A stretch of 64,000 bases of DNA, from NCBI GenBank assembly GCA_965248485.1, contig OZ252107.1, positions 36,199 through 100,198 of the forward strand, given 5' to 3'. The notes below the pieces were generated by a model. That model saw only the letters and a list, made by a program, of their open reading frames with translations, was not told where the DNA came from and made no database searches. A program made the translations under genes and the position numbers. Source of the DNA: Cypionkella sp. (GTDB taxonomy: Bacteria; Pseudomonadota; Alphaproteobacteria; Rhodobacterales; Rhodobacteraceae). This document shows positions 49,720 through 60,081 of this stretch, piece by piece (position 1 is the stretch's first letter; every line of letters starts with the position of its first letter).

Positions 49720-50313
49720 ATGCAGATCATTCTTGCCTCTACCTCTGACATCCGCGCGCAGATTTTGGCGCGTGCTGGGCTGACCTTTACGACCGCTGCC
49801 CCCCGCGTTGATGAAGAGGCGATCCGCGCCGCGATGGCAGCAGACGGGACCAGCCCGCGCGATATGGCGGATGCCTTGGCCGAGGCGAAGGCGCTGAAAA
49901 TATCCGACAAAAACCCCAGCGCTTTGGTTCTGGGCTGCGATCAAATTTTGGCACTGGGCGATCAGATCTTTGCCAAACCTGAAAGCCCCGACGACGCCTT
50001 GCGCCAGTTGCACTGCCTGAGTGGGCAAACGCATCATTTGTTTTCGGCGCTGGTGATCTATCAAAACGGTCAACCGCAATGGCGGCACATTGGCCATGCG
50101 CGCATGACGATGCGCGCAATGTCGGACGCCGCCTTGCAAGATTATGTCTCTGCCGAATGGGACAGTATTCGCCATTCGGTCGGTGCGTATAAGATAGAAG
50201 AGCGCGGCGTTCAACTATTCTCGCAGATCGAGGGCGATGTTTTTACCATTCAAGGGCTGCCTCTGCTGCCCCTTTTGAACTATCTTGCCCAGCGGGGGGT
50301 TATCACGACATGA
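49720..50313 (+). CDS. maf: Maf family nucleoside triphosphate pyrophosphatase
   Basis: IILASTSDIRAQIL, LAEAKA, VLGCDQIL, VGAYKIE, IQGLPL; the ORF-track start at 49513 runs through the origin and is not used. Confidence 0.92.
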   Translation: MQIILASTSDIRAQILARAGLTFTTAAPRVDEEAIRAAMAADGTSPRDMADALAEAKALKISDKNPSALVLGCDQILALGDQIFAKPESPDDALRQLHCLSGQTHHLFSALVIYQNGQPQWRHIGHARMTMRAMSDAALQDYVSAEWDSIRHSVGAYKIEERGVQLFSQIEGDVFTIQGLPLLPLLNYLAQRGVITT

Positions 50314-51134
50314 GCATTATTCCACTCGCAGGGGTCATTGGCCACCCGATCTCGCACAGCAAATCACCGCGATTGCACGGGCATTGGCTGCAGAAATACG
50401 CCATAGCAGGCCATTACGTGCCGATGGATGTGGCCCCTGAAAATCTGGCCAACGTCTTGAAAACCATGCCAGATATGGGGTTTGTCGGGTGCAATGTCAC
50501 GATTCCCCACAAAGAGGCTGCCTTGGCTTTGGCAGATGAAGTGTCAGACGCCGCCCGCCGCATCGGCGCGGCGAATACGCTGACCTTTCAAGACGGGATA
50601 TGTTTGGCCGATAACACCGATGGCATCGGGTTTATTGAAAACCTACGGCAATCCGCGCCGCTGTGGCAGGCCAGTTCGGGCCCTGTCCTGCTGGTCGGGG
50701 CAGGGGGTGCGGCGCGGGCGATTGTGGTGGCGCTGCTAGATGCGGGCGCGCCGGAAATTTTTATCACCAACCGCACCGCCGACCGCGCCACAGCGCTTGC
50801 GGCAGAGTTTGGCGCACGGGTAATGGCGCGAGATTGGGCAAAAACCGAAGCGCTGCTTCCGCTGGCGGCAACAGTCGTGAACACAACTGCGCTGGGCATG
50901 GTGGGGAAAGATCCGTTTCCGTTTTCCTTATCGGGCCTGCGTGATGCGGCGCTTGCAACCGACATTGTTTATACACCCCTCGATACCCCATTCTTACAGG
51001 CGGCGCGCGCACAAGGCTGCCAAACAGTCGACGGTTTGGGGATGTTGCTGCACCAGGCCGCCCCAGGCTTTGCGCGCTGGTTCGGCCATATGCCCAAAGT
51101 TACAGAGGAAACTCGCCGCGTGGTTTTGGCATGA
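50310..51134 (+). CDS. aroE: Shikimate dehydrogenase
   Basis: GHPISHSKSP, GCNVTIPHK, GAANT, DNTDG, GAGGAARA, GLGMLLHQA. Confidence 0.95.
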   Translation: MSIIPLAGVIGHPISHSKSPRLHGHWLQKYAIAGHYVPMDVAPENLANVLKTMPDMGFVGCNVTIPHKEAALALADEVSDAARRIGAANTLTFQDGICLADNTDGIGFIENLRQSAPLWQASSGPVLLVGAGGAARAIVVALLDAGAPEIFITNRTADRATALAAEFGARVMARDWAKTEALLPLAATVVNTTALGMVGKDPFPFSLSGLRDAALATDIVYTPLDTPFLQAARAQGCQTVDGLGMLLHQAAPGFARWFGHMPKVTEETRRVVLA

Positions 51135-51730
51135 GTTATGTTTTGGGCCTGACGGGCAGCATCGGCATGGGCAAATCGACGACGGCGGCAATTTTGGCGC
51201 AATATGGCGTGCCTGTTTGGGATGCGGATATTGCGGTGCATCGCTTGTACAGCGCGGGCGGGGCGGCGGTCGCGCCGATTGCGGTGGTGTGCCCTGATGC
51301 TGTGGTGAACAATGGCCTAGACCGTTCTAAATTGCGCGCTGCGATATCGGCCGACCCCAGCCTTTTGCCTAAAATTCAAAGCATTGTGCATCCGTTGGTC
51401 GCCGCAGACCGCGCGGCGTTCATCGGCAATACCGATGCCGAAATCATCGCCTTAGATATCCCGCTTTTGTTTGAAATTGGCGCGGAAAACCAATGCGATA
51501 GTGTAATTGTTGTGACCACAACGCCAGACCAGCAGCGCAAGCGTGTGCTAACGCGGGGGCTGACCGAAGCCGAGTTTGCGATGATTCTTTCTAAACAAAT
51601 GCCCGATGCAGAAAAACGCAGCCGCGCGACTTGGGTGGTTGAAACCCATTCGCCACAACATGTCAGTGCCGAGATCGGGAAAATTCTGGCGCAAATCCAA
51701 ACCGAAATTCAAGAGGGCCGTGATGCGTGA
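51131..51730 (+). CDS. coaE: Dephospho-CoA kinase
   Basis: GLTGSIGMGKST, DADIAVH, IVHPLV, DIPLLFE, KQMPDAEK. Confidence 0.95.
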   Translation: MSYVLGLTGSIGMGKSTTAAILAQYGVPVWDADIAVHRLYSAGGAAVAPIAVVCPDAVVNNGLDRSKLRAAISADPSLLPKIQSIVHPLVAADRAAFIGNTDAEIIALDIPLLFEIGAENQCDSVIVVTTTPDQQRKRVLTRGLTEAEFAMILSKQMPDAEKRSRATWVVETHSPQHVSAEIGKILAQIQTEIQEGRDA

Positions 51731-52418
51731 GATCGTGCTAGATACCGAAACCACGGGTTTTGACCCCGAAGGCGGGGATCGCTTGGTGGAAATTGGCGCG
51801 GTGGAACTTCTGAACCACCTGCCCACGGGCAAGGTCTATCACCAATACATTAACCCGCAGCGCGACATTCCCGAAGGCGCGTTTCAGGTGCATGGGCTAA
51901 GCGAAGAGTTTCTGAAATCTTACCCTGTGTTCAACGCCGTTGCGCAGGCGTTTTTGGATTTTATCGGCGATAGCCAGCTTATCATCCATAACGCTGCCTT
52001 CGACATGAAGTTTCTCAATCACGAACTGGCACAAGCGGGCTTTCCCATCCTTGCGACGTCGCGTGCCACGGATACGCTGGCGATGGCACGGGTGAAATAC
52101 CCGGGCGCGCAAAACTCGCTGGATGCGCTATGCCGTCGTTTTGGCGTCGACAATTCAGCGCGCACCAAACACGGCGCGCTTCTGGACAGCGAGATTTTGG
52201 CCGAGGTCTATTTGGAATTGGTCGGCGGTCGGCAGCCTGACCTGACTTTGTCCCCGCAAAGCATGGCCGCCGTGGCCAGTGCCGCCCCTGCGCGCAAAGT
52301 GGGCGCAAGACCCACCCCTTTGCCGCCCCGAATAACCGAGGAAGAAACGCGCGCCCACACCGATTTTGTCGCCAAACTGGGCGATGCGTCGATCTGGGCG
52401 CAGCGCGTAAAACCCTAG
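51723..52418 (+). CDS. dnaQ: DNA polymerase III epsilon subunit
   Basis: VLDTETTG (ExoI), HNAAFD (ExoII), SLDALC, HGALLDSEILAEVY (ExoIII). Confidence 0.96.
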   Translation: MREIVLDTETTGFDPEGGDRLVEIGAVELLNHLPTGKVYHQYINPQRDIPEGAFQVHGLSEEFLKSYPVFNAVAQAFLDFIGDSQLIIHNAAFDMKFLNHELAQAGFPILATSRATDTLAMARVKYPGAQNSLDALCRRFGVDNSARTKHGALLDSEILAEVYLELVGGRQPDLTLSPQSMAAVASAAPARKVGARPTPLPPRITEEETRAHTDFVAKLGDASIWAQRVKP

Positions 52419-52894
52419 GCGTTGCCGCTTTGCTGCGCGGCGGCGCGGCGGGCCAATTCGGCGCGATACAGCGCCAAGAAATCCACCGTATCCACATTCA
52501 GCGGCGGGAATCCCGCATCGCGCGTGACATCCGAAATGATGCGGCGCACAAAGGGAAACAGCATCCGCGGACATTCGATCAACAAAAACGGATGCAACTG
52601 TTCCTCTGGAACGCCTTCGATGTGAAACACGCCGCCGTAGTCCAATTCCAGCATGAACAAGGTTTCATCAGACACTTTGTTCTTGGACACAACTTTGAAC
52701 TTGGTCACCACGTCGAACTGATGCTCTGCCGTGCGCTTGCGCCCATCAATGCTGACGGACACTTGCACATCTGGCTGCACTTCGCTGGCGTTCACGCCTT
52801 TCAGGGCAACCGCGTTTTCAAAGGACATATCACGAATATATTGCGCCAAAACCGACATTTTAATTTGCGGTGCACTGGTGTTTTCCTCGGCCAT
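52415..52894 (-). CDS. secB: Protein export chaperone SecB
   Basis: QYIRDMSFEN, IECPRMLFPFVR, FPPLNVDTVDF; SD AGGAG. Confidence 0.96.
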   Translation of the reverse strand: MAEENTSAPQIKMSVLAQYIRDMSFENAVALKGVNASEVQPDVQVSVSIDGRKRTAEHQFDVVTKFKVVSKNKVSDETLFMLELDYGGVFHIEGVPEEQLHPFLLIECPRMLFPFVRRIISDVTRDAGFPPLNVDTVDFLALYRAELARRAAAQQSGNA

Positions 52895-52991
52895 CTCAGC
52901 CACTCCTATCAATTGCTGACCTCTGTTAGCAGGCAAATGGGCCAATCTCAATGCAAAGGGCTGCTTTTACGTGGGGAATCGCGCCGTGGAA

Positions 52992-53020
52992 CTGGACTTG
53001 GGGCAAGGCGCTGCCTACAT
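52992..53020 (+). promoter_or_regulatory. Putative RpoH promoter of tim44-mltA-smr (CTGGAC-N16-CCTACAT)
   Basis: -10 element CCTACAT differs from CCTATAT at one base; spacing fits. Confidence 0.5.
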
Positions 53021-53053
53021 AAGACGAAGTGTTGTAGAAAGGCCGAGGCATAG

Positions 53054-53719
53054 ATGGGAAATTCCATGTTGCAAATCATCGTTTTGGCGGCAGTTGCCGT
53101 GTTTTTGATTATCAAACTGCGGTCGGTTTTGGGCACACGCGAAGGCTATGAAAAGCCGCCAATCCCGATAAACACCGCGCCCGAAACCAGTGCGCGGAAG
53201 GCAAAATTTGATGTGATCGACGGCGGCGTTGACCAAGACATCCTTGATCACGCGCCCGAAGGATCGCCCACGGCGCTGGCACTTTCACAGATCAAATCTG
53301 TCGAGCGGGGCTTTAGCACATCCGAATTCTTGCGCGGTGCGCGCGGCGCCTATGAAATGATTTTGATGGGGTTCGAGCGCGGCGATGTTTCTAACCTGCG
53401 CGCGTTCTTATCGGCAGATGTCGCCGACAGTTTTCAAGAGGCGATTGACCAACGCAGCGCGCAAGGGCTTGTTACGAAAGCGGAATTTGTCGGCCTGCGC
53501 GAGATTGCTTTGCAGGGGGCCGAATATGACCCTTTGACCAAAACCGCAGAATTGACGGTGCGCTTTGTGGGCGAATTGACTTCCGTCACCAAGGATAAAT
53601 CGGGTGCGGTGATCTCTGGCTCGCCCGACGAAGTGAAACGCCAACGCGATGTCTGGAGTTTTGCCCGCGTTTTGGGTAGCTGTGACCCAAATTGGCAATT
53701 GGTCGCCACCAGCGATTGA
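53054..53719 (+). CDS. Tim44/TimA family protein
   Basis: N-terminal TM helix, LRSVLGTREG, FLRGARGAYEMIL..F..GD, DVWSFAR...PNWQLVAT. Confidence 0.9.
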   Translation: MGNSMLQIIVLAAVAVFLIIKLRSVLGTREGYEKPPIPINTAPETSARKAKFDVIDGGVDQDILDHAPEGSPTALALSQIKSVERGFSTSEFLRGARGAYEMILMGFERGDVSNLRAFLSADVADSFQEAIDQRSAQGLVTKAEFVGLREIALQGAEYDPLTKTAELTVRFVGELTSVTKDKSGAVISGSPDEVKRQRDVWSFARVLGSCDPNWQLVATSD

Positions 53720-53729
53720 TAGGGGTGGA

Positions 53730-54749
53730 ATGCGTGCAAGGGCGCTGGCAATCTGTGTTGCAATGAGTTTGGCCACTGCATCGCAGGGCCAAGTGCTGCG
53801 CTTTGACGATTTGCAGGGCTGGCAAGACGACGATCACCAGCAAGCGCTGCGCGTGTTTCAAAATACGTGCGATCAGTTGAACGGCCCCGATTGGCAACCG
53901 ATTTGCAAATTTGCCGCAGATGCCGCCAAGACGCCAAAGCAGGCCAAGGCGTTTTTCGAAATGATGTTCCGCCCCACCCTTATCGGCACCCCGCCCGCAC
54001 TGTTTACGGGTTATTTTGAACCCGAATTGCCAGGCTCTCTGAAAAGAACCGACAAGTTTAAGTATCCCGTTTATGGCGTGCCAAAAGATCTGGTCGAAGG
54101 CGCGCCCTATTTGGATCGCAAAACCATCGAACAGGGCGCTTTGGCGGGTAAGGGGCTGGAAATTGCGTGGTTAGCCGACCCTGTGGACGTATTTTTCCTG
54201 CATATCCAAGGTTCGGGTCGCATCGACTTGCCAGATGGGCGGGTGCTGCGGCTGGGCTATGCGGCGCGCAATGGCTTTGAATATAAATCCCTTGGCCAAG
54301 CGCTGATTGCGCGCGGGGTGATGACCGAAGATCAGGTCTCTGCCGCCGCGATCAGGGCCTATGTCAAGAATAACGGGGCCAAGGGCAAAGATCTTTTGAA
54401 CATCAACCCGTCTTATGTTTTCTTTAGGGAAATCAGAGACCTACCAAAGGACGCGGGGCCCATCGGCGCGATGAGCGCACCAATAACCACCCTGCGTTCT
54501 ATCGCCGTTGACCCCGCTTTTGTGCAGCTTGGCGCACCTGTCTGGTTGGAAAAAAACGGCGATGCGCCCATCAATCGCCTGATGATTGCGCAGGATACGG
54601 GCGGCGCGATTAAGGGCGCGCAGCGGGCTGATATTTTCTTTGGCACAGGGCCGAAGGCAGGTGATTTGGCCGGAAACATTCGGGATGGCGGGCGCATGGT
54701 GCAGCTTTTGCCAATTGATCGCGCCTATACGCTGATGCCAGGCGGCTAA
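53730..54749 (+). CDS. mltA: Membrane-bound lytic murein transglycosylase MltA
   Basis: FTGYFEP, FFLHIQGSG, NPSYVFF, RSIAVD, AQDTGGAIKG..RADIFFG; signal peptide. Confidence 0.93.
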   Translation: MRARALAICVAMSLATASQGQVLRFDDLQGWQDDDHQQALRVFQNTCDQLNGPDWQPICKFAADAAKTPKQAKAFFEMMFRPTLIGTPPALFTGYFEPELPGSLKRTDKFKYPVYGVPKDLVEGAPYLDRKTIEQGALAGKGLEIAWLADPVDVFFLHIQGSGRIDLPDGRVLRLGYAARNGFEYKSLGQALIARGVMTEDQVSAAAIRAYVKNNGAKGKDLLNINPSYVFFREIRDLPKDAGPIGAMSAPITTLRSIAVDPAFVQLGAPVWLEKNGDAPINRLMIAQDTGGAIKGAQRADIFFGTGPKAGDLAGNIRDGGRMVQLLPIDRAYTLMPGG

Positions 54750-54752
54750 TCG

Positions 54753-55334
54753 ATGGCCCGCAAGCGCACGCTTCATCCCGAAGAGCATGAGGTTTGGCAA
54801 GCCGTGGCGCGCACCGCGCGGCCCTTGCATCCTGCCATACGCATACCCGTGATAGAACCCGCCGCAGAGGCTCCAGCCAAAGCGCCCGCTCCTGCGCTGC
54901 CAAGGTTTCAGATAGGGCAGGCGGCGAAAATGTCCTCAACCGCGCAATTTGCACCCAGCATGGGCGCGCATCTGGCCAAGGCTCCCCTGCGGATGGATGC
55001 GAAGACCCACGGCAAAATGACCCGCGGTAAACTGGTGCCCGAGGCGCGGATTGACCTTCACGGCATGACGTTGGATCAGGCGCACCCCGCGCTGAACGGC
55101 TTTATCTTGCGCGCGCATGCCGCAGGGATGCGGTTGGTTTTGGTGATCACGGGCAAAGGCGGCAAGACCCGCGCCGATCATGGCCCGATCCCGCAGCACA
55201 CGGGTGTTTTGCGCCGCCAAGTGCCACATTGGCTGCACCAAGCCCCGCTTGGCGCGCTGATCCTGCAAGTGACCGAGGCGCATGTCAGCCATGGCGGCGG
55301 CGGTGCGCTATACGTCTATTTGTCGCGCCGTTAA
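54753..55334 (+). CDS. Smr/MutS2 domain protein
   Basis: EARIDLHGMT, LVITGKG, GVLRRQVPHWL, HGGGGALYVYL. Confidence 0.92.
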   Translation: MARKRTLHPEEHEVWQAVARTARPLHPAIRIPVIEPAAEAPAKAPAPALPRFQIGQAAKMSSTAQFAPSMGAHLAKAPLRMDAKTHGKMTRGKLVPEARIDLHGMTLDQAHPALNGFILRAHAAGMRLVLVITGKGGKTRADHGPIPQHTGVLRRQVPHWLHQAPLGALILQVTEAHVSHGGGGALYVYLSRR

Positions 55335-56495
55335 CCAGCGGGTGACAATCGGCATAGTCAGCACCGTGCTGGCCACCGCCATCAGCAATAGCGCAGTAAA
55401 GGTCGCGCCAGAAATCAGGCCTTTATCCAGCAGAACGTTGGAAAAGATGATCATAATCAGGGCTTTGGTCTGCAAAAGCCAGCCAATGCCCCAAGCATCG
55501 CCTTTTGGCCAGTTCAAGATGCGGCCTGCCATCGCCACCCCTGCCAGCTTGCCCCCCACGGCGGCAATCAGCAGCAGCGCGCCCGCGCCAAACACGGCCA
55601 AACCGCCCATCTGCCAACTGGTGCGCAGGCCCGTGGCCAAAAAGAAAATCGGCATCAAAGCAGTCAGGGTAAAGGCAGAAAAACGGTCAACCTCGCCTGG
55701 CCCCAGCCAATCAGCGTCCAGCACGGCGCCAGCCAAAAACGCGCCGACGATATAGTGCAGGCCCGCCCAATCGGTGATCAGCGCGCAGGTCAGCATCCAG
55801 ACCAATGCGATGGGCCAGCGATGCGGCCCCGCCATGCGCGGCATCAGTCTGCGCATGGCATAAGCCAGCGCGATAAAACCAACCGCAAAAATCGCCTGCC
55901 GCCCAAGCCGCTGAAAATCAAGCAAAATCAATGCAAGAACCGCCCAGATCGCGATGTCGTCAAGGCTGGCATAGCGCAAAACGCGCTGGCCAAGCGGGCG
56001 GTGCATCAGGCCAAGCTGCTTTAGGAACAGCGCCAAAATCGGCAGGGCGGTGACGGCGCAGGCCATGCCAAGCCCCAGCGCGCCCTGCCAAACCGCCGCA
56101 TGCGGGCCAAGCCATCCTTGCCATTGAAACAGCACCAGCCCCGCCAGCGCGCCCGCCCCAAAAGGCACGATCAGCGCCAAGCCTGCCGTCACACCTGTAT
56201 CGCGGCGCTGATCCCATGCTGCGCGCAGGTCTAATTCAACCCCTGCAAAAAACACGAACAGCATCACGGCCAAAAGGGCTACGGCGTTTAGCCCTTTGAT
56301 CGTTTCAGGATTAAAGATTGCCGCATGAAAATTGGGCGCAAACTGGCCCAAGATCGCGGGGCCCAGCGCGATGCCGCATAGGATTTGCACCACGACCAAG
56401 GGCAGCGTGACCCGCCCGCCAAGCCCGCGCCAAATGGCGAAGGGCAGGGCCATCACCATCAAAAAGGCAAAAATCATCGTCTCGCTTTGGGTCAT
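55308..56495 (-). CDS. Cation:proton antiporter (CPA2-like), transport domain only
   Basis: About 12 TM helices; GIALGPAILG, AVTALPILA, ASLDD, GAFLAG, MPIFFLATGL, VGGKLAG. Confidence 0.87.
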   Translation of the reverse strand: MTQSETMIFAFLMVMALPFAIWRGLGGRVTLPLVVVQILCGIALGPAILGQFAPNFHAAIFNPETIKGLNAVALLAVMLFVFFAGVELDLRAAWDQRRDTGVTAGLALIVPFGAGALAGLVLFQWQGWLGPHAAVWQGALGLGMACAVTALPILALFLKQLGLMHRPLGQRVLRYASLDDIAIWAVLALILLDFQRLGRQAIFAVGFIALAYAMRRLMPRMAGPHRWPIALVWMLTCALITDWAGLHYIVGAFLAGAVLDADWLGPGEVDRFSAFTLTALMPIFFLATGLRTSWQMGGLAVFGAGALLLIAAVGGKLAGVAMAGRILNWPKGDAWGIGWLLQTKALIMIIFSNVLLDKGLISGATFTALLLMAVASTVLTMPIVTRWLTARQIDV

Positions 56496-56523
56496 GCCGT
56501 CTATCTAGCAGGTCTGGGGCCAT

Positions 56524-56551
56524 AAGAAAGGGGCTGCTGGACGCAGCCCCT
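56524..56551 (-). terminator. Intrinsic terminator after clpB
   Basis: Minus strand AGGGGCTGC-GTCCA-GCAGCCCCT followed by TTCTT. Confidence 0.75.
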
Positions 56552-56556
56552 ACGGC

Positions 56557-59154
56557 CTAATGCACCCGAATTTCAGGCGGCGGCGGGGCGTAATCGCCAA
56601 TGATCAGCCCGCCTGCCCCCGCTGTGACGATCACAGTTTCGCCGTCTTTGATGCGGCCCGAAAGGATCAGCTCTGCCAGTTGATTTTGCAGATGCGCCTG
56701 GATCACCCGTTTCAGCGGGCGCGCGCCAAAAACAGGGTCAAAGCCTTCGTTCGCCAGCCAGGCCCTGGCAGGCTTGTCCAAAGACAGGGTGATTTTGCGG
56801 CCAGACAGCCGCGCCTCAAGACGGCGGAGTTGAATGTCCACAATCGCGCCCATATCGCTGCGCGACAGGCGGTCAAAGATCACCATCTCGTCCAAACGGT
56901 TCAGGAATTCTGGGCGGAAATGGGCGCGCACGGCCTCCATCACCTCGGCCCGCGCCTGTGTTTGATCGGCGCCTTCGGGCAGTTCGGACAAGGCGCGGGC
57001 ACCAAGGTTCGAGGTGAGGATAATCAGCGTTTGCTTAAAATCCACACGGCGGCCTTGACCATCGGTCAAAATGCCGTCGTCAAGCACTTGCAGCAGAACG
57101 TTGAACACATCGGGGTGGGCCTTTTCCACCTCGTCAAACAACACAACCTGATAGGGGCGGCGGCGCACGGCTTCGGTCAGCACGCCGCCCTCGTCATAGC
57201 CGACATAGCCTGGCGGCGCGCCGATCAGGCGGGAGACGCTGTGCTTTTCCATGAATTCCGACATATCAATGCGCACCATCGCGCTGTCATCATCAAACAG
57301 ATATGCGGCCAGCGCTTTGGTCAATTCGGTTTTGCCAACGCCTGTGGGGCCAAGGAATAGGAACGATCCAAGCGGTCTGTTTTCGTCGTTAAGCCCAGCG
57401 CGGGCGCGGCGCACGGCATTGGCCACGGCAGAAACGGCGGGGCCTTGGCCCACCACACGCGCGCCAATTTCCTCTTCCATTTTCAGCAGTTTTTCCCGCT
57501 CGCCTTCCAGCATTTTGGTGGTGGGAATGCCCGTCCAACGTTCCACCACCTCGGCGATTTGTTCGGGTTTCACCGCCTCGGACACAAGCGCGCTATCGCT
57601 GCCATCATCCGATTCGGCCAAGCGCTTTTCCAAATTGGGGATGATGCCGTAAGAAAGCTCGCCCGCGCGCGCAAGGTTGCCCTCGCGCTTTGCGGTATCG
57701 AGTTCGATACGCGCGCGGTCGAGGTTTTCCTTTAGATCGCGTGCCTGCTCCATACGGTCACGCTCGGCCTGCCACTGCGCCGACATCACGGTAGAGCGCT
57801 CCAGCAGCGCCGATAACTCGCCCTCCAGCCGCGCCAAGCGGTCGATGCTGGCGGCGTCATCCTCTTTTTTCAGGGCCTCGGCCTCGATCTGCAATTGCAG
57901 GATCTGGCGGTCGATCTGATCCAACTCTTCGGGTTTGCTATCGACCTCCATCCGCAGGCGGCTGGCGGCCTCGTCCACCAGATCAATCGCTTTATCGGGC
58001 AAAAAGCGGTCGGTGATGTAGCGATGGCTTAGGGTCGCTGCGGCCACCAATGCCGAATCGGTGATCCGCACGCCGTGGTGCAATTCGTATTTTTCCTTGA
58101 TCCCGCGCAGGATGGAAATTGTATCTTCGACATTGGGTTCAGACACGATCACGGGCTGAAACCGCCGCGCGAGGGCTGCATCCTTTTCCACATATTTGCG
58201 GTATTCGTCCAAAGTGGTCGCGCCGATGCAATGCAGATCGCCGCGCGCAAGGGCGGGTTTGATCAGATTGGCGGCATCCATCGCGCCATCGGATTTGCCC
58301 GCGCCGACCAGCGTGTGCATTTCGTCGATGAACAAGATGATATCGCCCTCGGCGGCGGTGACTTCGTTCAACACGGCCTTAAGGCGCTCTTCAAAATCGC
58401 CGCGATATTTCGCGCCTGCAATCAGCGCGCCCATATCCAGCGCCATCAGTTTCTTATTGCGCAGGGATTCGGGCACATCGCCGCTGACGATGCGCAGGGC
58501 CAGCCCCTCGGCAATGGCGGTTTTACCCACGCCAGGCTCGCCAATCAGAACGGGGTTGTTTTTCGTGCGGCGCGACAGAACCTGCATCGCGCGGCGAATT
58601 TCCTCGTCGCGGCCAATGATAGGGTCGATCTTGCCCAATGCAGCCGCCTCGGTCAGATCGCGGGCGTATTTCTTCAGGGCGTCATAACCGTCTTCGGCGC
58701 TGGCGCTGTCTGCCGTGCGCCCCTTGCGAATGTCATTGATCGCGGCGTTCAGGTTTTGCGCCGTGACACCTGCGGCCAAAAGCAAGTCTTTGGCAGGGCC
58801 CGCGACCATGCACAGCGCCATCAAGATGCGTTCCACGGGAACAAAGCTATCGCCCGCTTTGGTGGCAACCTTCTCGGCCTCGTCCAGCACCTTAACCAGC
58901 GCGGTATCCATAAAAGGCTGCGCATCGCCCGTGACCTTGGCAATTTTGCCCAGCGCCAGCGCAAGACCAGACATCACCGCCTCGGGCGCGCCGCCTGCCT
59001 TGCGGATAAGGTTCGTCGCCAGCCCCTGATCATCGTCCATCAGGGCCTTAAGCAGATGTTCTGGGGATAGTTTTTGATGCGACTCACGAATCGCTATCGT
59101 TTGCGCCGCTTGCAAAAAACCGCGCGCGCGTTCGGTAAATTTTTCCATATTCAT
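56557..59154 (-). CDS. clpB: Disaggregase ClpB
   Basis: [26 protein letters not shown], middle coiled coil, [30 protein letters not shown]. Confidence 0.98.
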   Translation of the reverse strand: MNMEKFTERARGFLQAAQTIAIRESHQKLSPEHLLKALMDDDQGLATNLIRKAGGAPEAVMSGLALALGKIAKVTGDAQPFMDTALVKVLDEAEKVATKAGDSFVPVERILMALCMVAGPAKDLLLAAGVTAQNLNAAINDIRKGRTADSASAEDGYDALKKYARDLTEAAALGKIDPIIGRDEEIRRAMQVLSRRTKNNPVLIGEPGVGKTAIAEGLALRIVSGDVPESLRNKKLMALDMGALIAGAKYRGDFEERLKAVLNEVTAAEGDIILFIDEMHTLVGAGKSDGAMDAANLIKPALARGDLHCIGATTLDEYRKYVEKDAALARRFQPVIVSEPNVEDTISILRGIKEKYELHHGVRITDSALVAAATLSHRYITDRFLPDKAIDLVDEAASRLRMEVDSKPEELDQIDRQILQLQIEAEALKKEDDAASIDRLARLEGELSALLERSTVMSAQWQAERDRMEQARDLKENLDRARIELDTAKREGNLARAGELSYGIIPNLEKRLAESDDGSDSALVSEAVKPEQIAEVVERWTGIPTTKMLEGEREKLLKMEEEIGARVVGQGPAVSAVANAVRRARAGLNDENRPLGSFLFLGPTGVGKTELTKALAAYLFDDDSAMVRIDMSEFMEKHSVSRLIGAPPGYVGYDEGGVLTEAVRRRPYQVVLFDEVEKAHPDVFNVLLQVLDDGILTDGQGRRVDFKQTLIILTSNLGARALSELPEGADQTQARAEVMEAVRAHFRPEFLNRLDEMVIFDRLSRSDMGAIVDIQLRRLEARLSGRKITLSLDKPARAWLANEGFDPVFGARPLKRVIQAHLQNQLAELILSGRIKDGETVIVTAGAGGLIIGDYAPPPPEIRVH

Positions 59155-59219
59155 GGCTCAACTCCTTGCAGCACCGCTGGCACGCCCATGATTGGCACGC
59201 GCCCGTGGCCTTGACCCTA

Positions 59220-59248
59220 ATGTGTGTTGGCCCGCGCGCGGATTCAAG
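59220..59248 (-). promoter_or_regulatory. Putative RpoH promoter of clpB (CTTGAA-N16-CACACAT)
   Basis: Perfect sigma32 -35 element CTTGAA at 59243-59248 (minus), correct spacing. Confidence 0.6.
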
Positions 59249-59250
59249 GC

Positions 59251-60081
59251 TTAGGCATAGCTGACAAAGGCAAAAGCCGAAGAGTCAGGTGCCCAGCACG
59301 GCACGTTGATGCTGCCTTGGCCACCGTTGAATTCGACAATTCGGCGGCGGTTAGTGCCGTCGGGCGCGCAAAGGCACAGGGCCACGGGCAGGTTTGCGGG
59401 GTGGCCCAGCGTGCCCGGCGGATAGGCCAGATACAAAAGGTGCTGCCCATCGGGCGAGGGGTGGGGAAACCAGTTGACGAACTCATCCGCGAATAACTGG
59501 CTTTGGCCCGTGCCATCGGCATTCATCACCCAGATTTGGGCATGGCCTGTGCGGTCGCAGTTATAGTAAATACGCGCACCATCTGGCGAAAAATCTGGGC
59601 CGTCGCAATGCCCCTCTCCGTTGGTAAGGCGCTTCTCCTCGCCCCCAAGCGGTTGAATATACACATCAATAGGGCTGCCACCCCGCGCGGCGACGAAGGC
59701 CAAGGTTTGACCATCTGCGGAAATCCCATGCCACCAAGACGGCGCTTCAGGGGTGATTCGCAGCATATTGCCACCTGCGGCTGGCATGGTGTAAATCACC
59801 GAGCCCGCCCCTTCGTGATGCGATGAAATAATATAGGTCTGCCCATCGGGCGAAATGCCGTGATCGTTGTTGCAGCCGCGCGCGACGTCGTGGGGCATAT
59901 CCATCGGCACAGGCTGCAACGCAGGCGCGTCTAGCCGCACGCGAAACAACCGCCCCTCGCCGTTGACCAGCAAATAGCTGCCATCGGGCGACCAATTGGG
60001 CGCTTCGATATGGCGATCTGTCTCCAGAACGGTGCGAGCAGCGCCCGTGGCCATATCCCAGATTTGCAGGCGCGAGATCAT
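59251..60081 (-). CDS. TolB-like PD40-repeat beta-propeller protein without signal peptide
   Basis: Repeated WSPDG/ISPDG/FSPDG/PSPDG/WAPDS motifs; no N-terminal hydrophobic segment. Confidence 0.85.
   Translation of the reverse strand: MISRLQIWDMATGAARTVLETDRHIEAPNWSPDGSYLLVNGEGRLFRVRLDAPALQPVPMDMPHDVARGCNNDHGISPDGQTYIISSHHEGAGSVIYTMPAAGGNMLRITPEAPSWWHGISADGQTLAFVAARGGSPIDVYIQPLGGEEKRLTNGEGHCDGPDFSPDGARIYYNCDRTGHAQIWVMNADGTGQSQLFADEFVNWFPHPSPDGQHLLYLAYPPGTLGHPANLPVALCLCAPDGTNRRRIVEFNGGQGSINVPCWAPDSSAFAFVSYA

Noticed and set aside
59178-59207. TGGCACG as a sigma54 -24 element
   Set aside because: Neither copy has TTGC at the -12 position, and it points away from clpB.
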